Made by a program: the position numbers and the translations under genes. A stretch of 64,000 nucleotides of DNA from Bigelowiella natans CCMP2755 (Eukaryota; Protista; Cercozoa), in contig ADNK01000985.1 in NCBI GenBank assembly GCA_000320545.1, positions 1 to 64,000 on the forward strand, in the 5' to 3' direction. Each line of letters opens with the position of its first letter. Within the stretch, counting starts at the first letter, position 1. The notes under the pieces are model-generated. The model was not told the origin of the DNA. It ran no database searches and worked only from the letters and a program-made list of their open reading frames with translations. Below, piece after piece: positions 52,591 through 64,000 of the stretch.

Positions 52591-54296
52591 CCTGAATGAT
52601 CTCATGATGACACTATGATTATACTTGAGGACATTGCAAGGAAGACATATTACCGTGACTGAGCACCGTCATCGTCATTGCTATCATTGGACTTTACATC
52701 ATTGAGGGCTGTCTCGTTCATCACGGAAATACTCTGCTTCTTCCCCTCTATAGCTTCATTCTTGTACTCGTTGCCCATCTCTGCTCTATTATCCCCCCTC
52801 TCTTTGCCCTTATATACGCCGCCATAGCCATTATTATCAGTATTCAAACTGTCATCGAGAGCGTTCTCCTTCTTGCTTCCACCCTCGCTATTATCAGCAG
52901 AGGAGGGGTGTATAGAACACAGCGGAGGCGGTTGAGGCAGCGGTATATCCCATTTGTCTTCTTCGATGCACCTCTCGTCTCTTCTCCCCCTCCTCCTAGA
53001 TACCGAATAATACGATGACATGATGGTTGCGTAGCTGGTACGAGGGACCGTTTGGCCGTTTTGAAGTAGATTGAGATGTCGTGCACTATAGTATCGACGC
53101 TGCGAATATGAGATAATCATGGAAGAGGGGGGGGGGGGAGTGATGTTAGGTAAACTTATTTGTTTTGTTTTGTTGAATTTGATTTATAGATGATGATAGT
53201 AATGATGATTGATGATGATGATGACGGTTGCTCGTTTGGTATGTAGCTGGTATACCTGCACGACTTTACCACGTCGCTCTGTGTTGGATTGGATCAGTCC
53301 CGTTTCCAATAAACTCGCCACAATACGGGACACAACCTTATATCTTCAATACGTACATGTTTATTGCGATGTATCAGTTAGAATGACTTGTGAGTGGTAA
53401 ATACAACTATGTTGATTATCATCATCATCAGAAAGCTAACAATAACAATAATAATTATAATAACAATACCCGTATTGGAGGATCTGGCAGAGAGCTGTAG
53501 TCGTAGTACCAATGGTTCCCGCGCAGCAAACTTGACTGTATACTTGTTGCAACTGCGGCAGCTCGAATACAAGGCCTAACTCCTCCTTCTCCCCCCCCCC
53601 CAATATGTCATTCTCCGCCTTTACCATGTCCAATGATGCTGTTGATTCTTGCCTTGGACCACCATCTTTCTGTGCTGTAGCAACTGTCGGAACGACTTCG
53701 AAGACTGTTTTGGCGGTGAAGGACGAAGAGGAAAATCGACTCAACTTATTTTCCCCTTTTCCTCCTCCTCCTCCCCCCCCCCCCCTCTGAACCCTGATCC
53801 GTTTGCTTCGCAGCATTCCCGTTGCTAGTGCACGGTCGCGGAAGTCTTCATAGCGCCCCCCAATGCACGTAGACTTGTGTGCGTACAGCTTTTTGAAAGC
53901 GCTTTTTGCTTTGGGCTCGGGGATCATCATCGTTGTCGTTGCCATAGTCGATGATCTCGCCATGGTGGCTGTCTCTTCCTTCTCTTCCTTCTCCTTCTTT
54001 ACTGTACTCGCCTTTTCTTCATGTCCATGGGCTTTATTCTTATTCTTGCCATTAGTTTTCGGGCTCTTCTTGCCACCGTAAGAGCAGCAGTGATTAATGA
54101 TTGCTGGGATTACTTCCTGGTCAAAAAGTTTCAACCGTTCTTTCTCGGCCTGCTCCTCCTGCTGCCGGACTTGCATGTTAACCACCCACCCTAGCGGCGC
54201 ATACTTCGCCAAAAACACTTTGTTTGTGCGCCGGTTCTTGTCGCTAAGGAGAGGAGGGAAATGCGAAGAATTTATATAACACATCAACAAACACTT

Positions 54297-54336
<40 letters not shown>

Positions 54337-54999
54337 GATACATACATATATGTGTGTATATTATGATGTAATTGTGCGTATCAATATGATTCATGGGATG
54401 TGCATCTCCCCCCCACCTCTCTCTCTCAGAAAGGGGGGGAAGGGGGGGAACTAGTAATTGCTTACTGTTGGTAGGAATCCTCGATATAGACAATGTTGAT
54501 CCTTTTCAGTGTTTTGAGATCTTGGAAAATGTCCTTAGCCTTTACTCCGAGCTCTGTCGCCAACTCAGTCTGATATACGCCTTCTCCTTGTGCGCGTCCG
54601 AGGACCTCTATGATGCAATATCTAGTAGGGAGGGGGAGGGATTGTAGTAGATGGTGCTATCTGAGATGAAAATTATCTTCACAATTATCATACTCTTCTG
54701 TTAGTAGTACCTGAGAGGGGACATAACGTTAAGGGTAAAAGTCTCTTGCGCCAACCCCAGCAATTCCAGTCGCATATCTAACGACGCCACAACCACTATC
54801 TTCCTTGCAATTGCCTCTTTTATTGACGATCTCGTCACCTCTGGCACATTCTTTACTGCTGCTGCATTAAGTGGACGAAAAGCATCCTTGTTCCTATTCC
54901 CCTGGGGGATTAGACCTTCCGCAGTGCATTTAAAGGCTCGACCAGATTTGTCTTATTAATTAGGTTGCATGATAATTAATGACGTCCGCGCTCACTCAC

Positions 55000-55087
<88 letters not shown>

Positions 55088-55350
55088 GCAGTCATGCATG
55101 AGTATGGCATGTTGGTCGATAAATTGTTGAACCAACCGAGTTCCACGTCCTCCCACAGCTCCAAATCTTCGTGAGCTTGCAGCCCCTCCCAAAGCATCAA
55201 CCGCACACTGTCGTCAACAACGTGTACAGGGCATTTGGCTGTCACACAGGTTAGCTTTGGTAACAAGCGATTGAAAATTTGATCCACGGAGAGTCCACGT
55301 TTTCCAGCCAGAGCAATGGCATCCAATATGCTTCGGAAAATGCGGTCCAT
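43557..55350 (-). CDS. GTF3C1: TFIIIC B-block-binding subunit (GTF3C1/Tfc3/Sfc3 homolog), multi-exon; 3' end approximate
   Basis: N-terminus MDRIFRSILDAIALAGKRG...LW. B-block winged-helix segment YCIIEVLGRAQGEGVYQTELATELGVKAKDIFQDLKTL, then TNKVFLAKY, FELPQLQQVY...AGTIG, LGYVKARNLRAYLLHKHLF and LRDLPPDLR, all resembling conserved Tfc3-family blocks. Confidence 0.85.
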
Positions 55351-55853
55351 TCGTCCTCTTCGTCGTAAAGCAGCAGTCGACTTCCCGTCTACTCTTTCAA
55401 AAGCGTGTTCAAGGAAATATAATCTCTTCTGAAAGCATACTCTACAGTCCTCCTTTCTATTCGAGACGGAAAGAGGGTGGAGATGAATGCTCGTAGAAAT
55501 AGCAGCTCCTCCTCCTCACCACCACCATTACTAGATCTGATCCCGAATGGCGCTTGTTTTTCTTCTTCTACTGTTGTGCTCTCTCTCCAGTGCTGTCCAA
55601 CCTAATAACCATGAATGTGCATGCATCACCCTTCCTTAGATATATTATGCTAATTTTATTTCCTATTTTTATGCAGAACCATTCCAAGATCAAGTTTGTT
55701 CTGGCCAGGCCTTTCTCATTCCGAGCACCGTCAGGGCTTCTTTTTCCGGTAATAATTTCCCACAATGTTGTAGTTGTTGTATTTGTTGTATTTGTTGTTG
55801 TTGTGTTGTCTCGTAGATCTACGTTGGTAGTTAGTCGTTAGTAGGTTTTCCTA

Positions 55854-56779
55854 GATCACACTGCTCCACAATGGCCAGAACACCAATCTCAAATTCCTTC
55901 TGGTTTCACTGGTTGGACCTCACCGAACCTGTTCCGAAGCACTTTCCAGTTGCTCATTGTCAGAAGAGCAACCCCAGGCACCTCACGTCATCGACGTGTC
56001 ACCCGGTCATCATCCCAGTGGGACACCATCCTGCTCACAACAGACTTCAGACCAAGGCAATCAACGAGGAGGACGAGGACGACGAGGACGAGGGAGCTCG
56101 TTTTGTGGAGCTTCGTTTCTTCCTTCCAATCCATTGGTTCCCCTTTGCTCTGACCAAGGATGGGGTTGAATGTTTGTTGCACTTCACTTGGCAATCGTGC
56201 TGCTTGCATTGAAGCCCCATCTAGCTGTTCACAATTCTGTGATGGCATTTCAAGAGCACTCCCTCAACTTGGACGGCCACAAACAAGTTCAAATCAGCAG
56301 CTTCACGTGGTGTGACTCCTGCTGATTTTGACAAACGTCTGGACGTGTGCGAACAGTGCGTGTGCGATGTCGCACGTCTGGATGCGCGTGCAACGCGTTT
56401 GGCGATTCCGTGCAGCAATCTAGCAATGCGATGAGCATCGTGGCGTTTTGGACCCGCAGCACGTGGTGCACTTGACATTGTCAACCGTGACGACACCACC
56501 CACACCTGCGATCGATGCACGCTGGCGCGTCTGTGAGCCTTGCCAGCGTGCACCAAAGTGACAATCACGCACAGCTAGCTGTCTAGCTGTGCGAGCCGCT
56601 CGATGTTGCCGTTGTCCGATCATGTTTTGCTCCATGCACACACACAAACACGTTGCTGTTGACTGAAGTGCTGGAGTGGTTGCGTGGCATGCACATGCAT
56701 GCTGACATGCACATCGCTAGATCGTCCCAATTCGCAATTCATGACAGTGTTGAAATGAGTGATTTCGTGAGTTGTCTTG
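55854..56779. other. TpA-depleted island 2 (intergenic, probable retroelement relic)
   Basis: Only 5 TA in 926 bp, all within CTAG (56221, 56420, 56575, 56583, 56717). Confidence 0.92.
55960..56140 (-). pseudogene. Degenerate reverse-transcriptase-like fragment (possibly non-LTR)
   Basis: Reads HWDDDRVT / HVDDVRCLGLLF across a 2-nt frameshift. Reverting CAC/TGC to TAC gives YWDDDRVTYVDDVRYLGLLF, resembling the RT 'YLG' region. Confidence 0.35.
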
Positions 56780-56970
56780 CTAATGATGTCATTATTTGAA
56801 GTGTGAAATTTTCGTGCAGACTTTAGATGTCGGAAGTTGCCGCAGCTTCATCGTTCATCTCCACATTACTACACAAAGTGATAGATGGAAATTGGCAGAT
56901 CGGATTGTTTACAATTTGCAGTGAAAATTTCCACAATTGTCGCGCCAGAAGCAGAGAGCAAAATTGCACA

Positions 56971-57504
56971 CTATCTCCTAAGCGTCAAATTACGTCCTCT
57001 TAGCGAATTCCACAACTCTCTTTGCTCCTTCTTTTGAAACCCTTCCCAAAATAGCTTAGTCGCAGACTCGGGCCCAGAGTTCCAAATCAGATTCATGTCC
57101 TCAAATGTTAATTCATACTGGGGGTAAACCTACAGACACGATGCAAATGAGATGCTGTGGCTACTGCTTTGTTGTGCGTGTGTGTGTCCGTGTGCTTAAG
57201 AAGATCTACCTTATCACGTTTTCTCCGCCTCTTTCGACGAGGGGATTGTGATGATGCGGTGGCATGCTTCCTGCTGTCGCTATTGATGATCTTAAATTGA
57301 AAATTATAAGAAGGTGATACATCATAAGGGATCTTCTCCTTCTTCTCCTCTTCTAGCTCTTCCTCCCTTGTCTCCGCTCCTCCTCCTCCTGCTGCTGCTG
57401 TATTTCCCCTTTTCTGTAGACAACCTCCACTATTTCCAGCTACTGGCCCTGTTATATAGCCATGCCGTTTTAGAAACGTCTTTGTATTATTTGTGTGCGT
57501 ATAA

Positions 57505-57545
<41 letters not shown>

Positions 57546-59307
57546 TTATGCAGCACGCTTATTGTAACGTTTACTGTATTATGAAGACATCGAATAAACC
57601 AAGAGATTGATTGGTAGCAATCTCGGACTAAAGCAAGCACACACACACACACAGAGAGAGAGAGACATACACACACCAGTAAGCAGCAGCCCTTCAGTAG
57701 GAGTTGTGACCAAACCCCTCGTTATTTGTTTCGGTGCCGTCGTCGTTGTTGTGGTCGTCGTTTGTGCGCGCATGCTGCTGTCACTGATGCCCCTTCTCGA
57801 TTTGTATCTCTTCGCCGCACGCTCAGCACGTTCGTCGTCTTCGATTGCGGACATGTGCTCTGTGCCTTTAACCCACACCTCAACAACGTCGCCCTTCTTC
57901 ACCTTCTCCCAGCGGCTCATCGGTTGATCTGAGGAGGAGGAGGAGGGTGGGTGAAAGTGTTAAGGTTAGGGTTATCTCCCTCCTCATCCTCCTCCTACCC
58001 CCCCCCCCCCCCCCTCCATCTGATAAACTAGATTTACTAGTACAACCAAGGTCTTGCACACAAGCAATAAGCTGATCCCAATTCGTCGTTGGGTCCATAT
58101 AAGCCTGCTCAGCCAGATTATATTTAGCAGACAAGCAGTAGTAAGTAGCAGTAACAGTAGTGGTAGATTAGGATGTGCCATCATGAGTAAAAACGATGAC
58201 AATCATAAGAATAGGAAGAAGAGGAGGGGGGAGAGGATGGTTTCAGGTAACTAGTAGCAGCGGCAGTAGCGTGGCGAAATTATTCAGGATGTGCTTCCTC
58301 CTCCTCCTCCTCCTTCTCCTCCTCGTGCCACAATAAAGATAAATGATAATAGTAACTACAACTAGTATCCCCCGCCACCTACTACCTCGCACACGCCCTT
58401 CTCGTGCATTGAAGTCGTTATGACTTTGACATAGCAAATTGCACCGAAGAGAACCCCGTCTTTCTCCACTGTTAGCTTCGTCGAAACTGGCGATATGATT
58501 AACAGGAAAGAGGAGGAGGAGGAGGAGGAAACAACAAAGGCGTTTGTCGGTGCGTACATGCTAACAACTACTACTGCTACCACTTTTACTACTACATTTG
58601 CGTTATTCTCTTTCAATTTCTCAAGGACCATTATTGATACGATGACGACGACGATGACGATTACCTTCTCTTAGTTCCCAGTTTTCCAAATCTTCTTTTT
58701 TGGCCTCTGCCTCCTTGTGCTGCTCTTCGCATCTCTGGTCCTCAAATCCCCTCTTCTCACAGTTGTATCTTGCAAAGTCGAAGCTGCAGGATTTGGGAGG
58801 GAGGTAGGGGGACAAGTATCAAGAAAGAGGTATCGATAATTTACTATGGAAGGTTTTTGAGAGAAAGATAACCAACCCCATTTCTGCCTCCCGCCCCCCC
58901 GCCCCCCCCCCGCATCCATGTTCTTAATCCTTCCTCTTCCCACAGAATAAACACCATGGCAGTTTACTATCATATCTATCATCACCTTTCGATAAGAGCA
59001 TGCGAACTCTTGTCGTGCAGTTGGATTTTGTGCGCCTGATCTACCACAAACATCCCGAAGTAGCCCTTCGCAGCCTTCCCACCCAATACCCGTGAGTAGC
59101 GCTCTTGAGCCGCCACGTAACTACCCACGGTAGAAGGAAGAAGAGCTCGTCATAACAATAGCAGTAATAGTGATAGTAAAAATGCTATGTTGTTTTAACA
59201 AAAAAATGCGCTCGCTTGCATTCGAGATTATCACTCCAAGACGACTGGCTAGATTACTGGGAACTTCAATTCTCTCCCTCTCTCTCTCTTTATGAAACAC
59301 ATAATAT

Positions 59308-59346
<39 letters not shown>

Positions 59347-59659
59347 AGAGAGAGGAAAATAGAGAATCGTATTATATTTGTGTAATTGAGGCGGCAGCAC
59401 ATGATACCTACCCCCTCAATCGCGTTTCATCAAACGGCGCATTCTCAGCCTTTCGATACTTTGGGGGGGAGGGAGGCTCCGGTACGGTACATAATGCCAT
59501 CAAAGTGTCTATACGCTGTAGTAGAAGTATACGTGATAATAATAATAGGAAACAAGAAGAAGATGAAGAAGGAGAAGGAGAAACCATGTTTAGCGACAAG
59601 AATATAAGAAAGAGGGACAGCTGTAATATTTCCTATGCTAGGGTCATGATTATTGAGAT

Positions 59660-59691
<32 letters not shown>

Positions 59692-59906
59692 GCTACTGCT
59701 ACATCTCACATAAAACTACATGCAACGACTACAATCTCTCTTCTATACAACTACTAGTCCGAAGGTAAAACTGACTGAGTAACATCGTCTAGTACTACTA
59801 CTACCTCTGGCACCATACGGTGCACAAGAAACTTGTCCAGAATGTCCACCACACCTGCTCTTAGCCCTGTCATTTATTCATTGTGCGAGGAGGAAGAGTA
59901 TATATA

Positions 59907-59948
<42 letters not shown>

Positions 59949-59974
59949 AATATGTTGAGTAAAGTGTAGTAAAA

Positions 59975-60007
<33 letters not shown>

Positions 60008-60662
60008 TTGATATTTTTTACCAGTCGAAGGATGATGATGATGATGATGATGATGATAGTGATGACAGTGATGATGATGCTGCTCCTTACAACTATCATT
60101 TACCTTCAGAATTGCCAAGGTCCCCAATCAGCTCTTGCACGAGAAGATCGATCTCATAAGGCACTAGCGCCGCCCCATCAGTATGCATCTTGTCGTATGG
60201 AATACCATCATCGCCACCATCATTATCTTGCTGCGGGGCCATCATCGTAGGGAGGGGAGGAGGAGGCGGAAGGCTGGCAGAAGGCGATATGACCGGTGCC
60301 CCCCCCCCCCCTGCAGTACTACTGACTTCATTCATGCTGCTTGTACTACTCCTCGAAACTGCTGCTGGTGCTGCTGGTGGTGCTTTGGTATTGTAGGTTG
60401 TATTGCTATTCCTTTGGATGTTCTCCTCCTCTCCCCTTCGTCGTCCGCGAGGCTGCAAATCTTTGGAAAAGGCCTTGATAATGTGGAATCTGTCCCCCCC
60501 CCGATAAGAAAAGCAGACAAGATAGGTAGATTAGCGACTGAGGGATGAGCTCTTTCATTTTCTGTGGTCTGACTCGGAACAACAGGGGGGGGGTGGGGGG
60601 GGGGGGGTTGCTTTCTTCTCCTTCTTCCATTGTGATTGTTAATTAGTAGCAGGACATCTTGC

Positions 60663-60694
<32 letters not shown>

Positions 60695-60802
60695 CATGGA
60701 GTTGGAGTGCTCCATCAGCTGCTGACAAGGATCATTTTAGCGCTACTGTACTTCGTTATGCTACATCACAGAATCGTATAATATGACAACGCTAATGTAT
60801 GT

Positions 60803-60841
<39 letters not shown>

Positions 60842-62067
60842 ACAAGTGTCGTCTGCACCTGAAGTTGAGCTTTGACTCGTACTTTCTCTTGACGGCTTTG
60901 AGCACACCCACAGCCTTCGTAGCTGATACTTTGTTCGTCTACTCAAACCAAGGAGGAGGAGGAGGAGGAGGAGAAGCAGGACAAAACAAGATAGGAGATA
61001 GGAGGAGGGGGGTCCTCAGTCGGGGGACAGAAAAGAAAATTGATGAATCATTACCATCATCGTCCTCTACTTCTACTACTGCTACTACTACTACTACTAC
61101 TACCACGCTGCTGCTGCTGCTGCTACCTCTATTCCCCAGAAGGTGATGCCTGCCTCCGGAGCAGAAAGCCCTTCCTCCACACATCTGTAGGGAGGAGGGG
61201 GGGGGATCATAGGTAATAATCGAAGTAGTAGCAGGGGGACAAGGAGCGGTGCAAAGTTAGTGGTGTTGCGTTATGATATGCTACCATATCTTATTTCCTC
61301 TCTTCACTTGCCTCTCCTTTCGAATCCAGTGTCAACCGTGCTTCTTCTTTTTACATGATCTTAATTTCTTCTCCCTCTTCTTCTTCTTCTTCTTCTTCTT
61401 CTCCTTCTTCTTAATACTCGCGGTCCTCCTCCTACACCGCCTACAACTAGCAGCTACGTAGTTCTCTCGTCACGTGTTGTCGTTGTTGTTTCTCTTACAT
61501 TTTCACCATAGTCTTGATCCAGATAGCGGAGGCCCCAGTCCCGAGGTCCATGATGTGGATCGGCCTCCCCTCATGCTTCGTGGCATCCCAGCTACCCAGC
61601 AGCATCTTTAGATGATAGCGCAACGCCACTTCGTACGCTTCATTCCTTTTGATGTCCCCTGACATGCAGTCCTGGAGGAGAGAAGCAAAACAAAGAAGCA
61701 ATCAAAGAAAGAAGGAAAGGAGAAACAACCATCGTTTAGTAACCATCAGCCGGAATAAAAGACGGCAGAGACGAGCGGTAGTGTTGGAAGAGGGGGGCGG
61801 GGAAGGAGTTACGAAGAACGCACATAGTTGCCCTGAGCGTACGACTTTCTGGCCTGTTTTCTCACATCTTTAGCCGTATCTCGGGTAAGCCGCGGCCAAC
61901 GTAGCACATAGTCAGAATCTTATCATAAATAATGACAACAAATTGAAGAAGAAGAGAATTACCAAAATGAATAAACGATTCTCGAATGAGACGACACCAG
62001 ATGAGCGGTAGTAGTAGTATTAGTAGTTGTGGTATATTAGCACCAGCCATATCCCGCTACTGCTATT

Positions 62068-62104
<37 letters not shown>

Positions 62105-62973
62105 CGCACTCCAATTACAACTGCATCAACACATAGCTGCATTATATTCCATACCCGAATCCTGCTGCCAGTTCTGTTTATGATACCGAGAGCAAGCTTC
62201 GATCTCCTTTCGAAGCTGTGCCTTGCTCTCGTGATAGAACAAGTTGAATTTCTTCCACAACTGATGATGATGATGGGGAATGATGATGATGATTATGATT
62301 ATGAGGTGGATGGGAGGGAGGAGGGCAAGAAAGAGAAGAACAACAAAGCAAGTGAGCAAACAAGTAGCAGGTGCAGCTAGGTGTACGACACATAACACAC
62401 ACACATGATATACAAAGAGAGGAAGAATACAGATATCTCATGATCGAAAGAACATACTTCCTAAATACTATATCCCCTCCAGATTCTATTATTTTTCTTC
62501 TTCTTCTTCTTCTTCTTTTTCTTCTTCTTCTTCTCCTTCTTGGTCTTTTTTACCGTAACACTCATGCTGAGATTCTTATATCTCTTTCTCAAGAGAGCCT
62601 CTCTGACTGATGTTTGCTCAACAAGCCTTTTCTTATTATTACGTCTTGTGCTGCCTCCTCCTACTGCCCCCCCATTTTTCTTCCTCTTATCCTTAGTCGT
62701 CTTCTTAGCAGCAGCCTTGCTCTTCGTCCTGTCAAGGAGCTTGCGTGTACGCATTGCTTTCCTTGCTTCCTCCTCTTTCTTCTTCGCTTCCTCCTCTTTC
62801 TTCTTCTCTTCCTCCTCTTTCTTCTTCTCTTCCGTTTTTATTTTGAACTGCGACCAGGTCGGCTCGCGCGCCTGAAGGGAACAATAGGGTGATATTGTTA
62901 TTATCCGTGTGGTGGTGACGTTGCTGCTGTTGGCAGCGGTCATTGTGACTTCGTCCGCTGACGATAGCAGTAG

Positions 62974-63004
<31 letters not shown>

Positions 63005-63425
63005 CCAATGCAGCTAGAGCAAGTTACAAAAGCCTAGCTGTTGTGTGCATGATCGAATATTTCCTGCGCTTCCTCTGACATCATCATCTAGGGGATGACA
63101 CAAAGCAAATCGACCCTCCCGCCCCCCCCTCTCCCTCACATGTCATCCATTTTTCGCCGTGTTTTGATTCGTTTTTGAGTCATCATAATGTCGTTGTTTT
63201 TCCTTCTCCCTAATGGCACCTTAAGTTCCTCCACCCTTGACACCTCATGAATGGTTATTTCTGGAGCCTGCTCACTAGCAGCATAGAGGATGACGTCGTA
63301 CTTGTTCCCTTCCTTCCTCTCCTGAGTAGTCAATAGAGCGATTGGTTAATTGGTTGCTTCATAGCAGAAATCCTGCTAGTATTTCTGTTGTTGTGAATTT
63401 GCTTGGAACGATAATTTGATGCCGT

Positions 63426-63457
<32 letters not shown>

Positions 63458-64000
63458 TATATTATTAATTAAACATACATGGATGCGCAGTATCCTTCCT
63501 CTCCGCCAAAATCCCTCCAAGGCGATCTTACAGGGTTCACCTAGTTATAAGTTGGGGCACACGATTAGATAAGTACAACTACTTAGAACAAGAAGAAGAA
63601 GATGATGAACAAGAACAACAGCACATGATATAGTAGTATCTTAATGACGAAAACATGCAACACCACCTTCCCTGAACAAAGACCGGTACTCGTTGTCGTC
63701 ATCGTTTTCATCATTACTTTCCCTGTGTGTGTGTTTTGTGGGAAATATCAGCTTCACCAATCATTTCCTGTTGCGGAGTTGTTGATCAGTGGGATGGATG
63801 ATCGACGAGAAAGGAGGAGGAGGAGGAGAAGAAGAAGAAGAAGAAGGAAAAAAAGGCCCCCAGAAGTATTTTATGCTACGAGTTGCAAAGGCGACAAGTC
63901 TCAAAGGATGATGACCCTTTCATAGGTAGCTTCTCCACCTGAACAAAATTGATTTTAAGAAAACATCATCAATATATACCATACTTGTATCTGTGTTAAG
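56971..64000 (-). CDS. Protein arginine methyltransferase-family protein with N-terminal Tudor-like and charged regions (5' end outside window)
   Basis: SYAQGNY|DCMSGDIKRNEAY (PRMT M-x-x-D-x-x-R motif), motif I IMDLGTG, post-I FWGIE|TN, double-E loop DLLVQELIGDLGNSEG, THW-like TNWDQ. Last exon ends at TAG 56971. Confidence 0.82.

Larger units (their letters stand above)
11544..63860. repeat. Dense intronic microsatellites: (TA)n, (CA)n, (GA)n, (GTA)n, (CAT)n, (GAA)n, (GGA)n, (CAA)n, poly-G/C
   Basis: Directly visible in most introns of PRP40, the kinesin tail, GTF3C1 and the PRMT. They generate most spurious ORFs in the track. Confidence 0.97.

Noticed and set aside
55871-56647. Overlapping ORFs on both strands in island 2
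   Set aside because: Same stop-codon depletion; His/Cys-rich and Tyr-free, not credible genes.
63870-63940. LRLVAFATRSIK resembles a SET-domain motif
   Set aside because: The following GEE...Y motif could not be found and the upstream sequence is outside the window.
6486-64000. Functional cluster of methyltransferase and RNA-processing genes
   Set aside because: Genes are far apart, on different strands and in unrelated pathways; no evidence of co-regulation.

Overview
Nuclear DNA of an intron-dense unicellular eukaryote (protist; taxon not determinable from this window), read with the standard genetic code. From left to right it holds: (1) an apparently intact Ty1/copia LTR retrotransposon on the minus strand. 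Its single gag-pol ORF of about 1480 codons is absent from the ORF track because its end lies beyond base 1. It has a half-tRNAiMet primer-binding site and a 455-bp 5' LTR carrying a long heat-shock-element (HSE) array. (2) A METTL21-family lysine methyltransferase (-). (3) An ankyrin-repeat gene (+). (4) PRP40 (-). (5) Two small hypothetical genes. (6) A 16.7-kb kinesin-3 gene (+) of roughly 55-60 exons with extra SH3, PDZ, SH3b-like and ankyrin modules. (7) The TFIIIC B-block-binding subunit (-). (8) A PRMT-family methyltransferase with a Tudor-like domain (-, 5'-truncated). Introns are full of microsatellites and have weak splice signals. The strongest unexplained signal is two islands (about 4420-6110 and 55854-56779) from which the dinucleotide TpA is almost absent. 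The surviving TpAs are nearly all in CTAG/TAG/CTA context. One island overlaps the copia LTR and the other a probable retroelement relic. This suggests a repeat-associated TpA->TpG/CpA mutational process running opposite to fungal RIP. Exon models were spliced by eye and are approximate.
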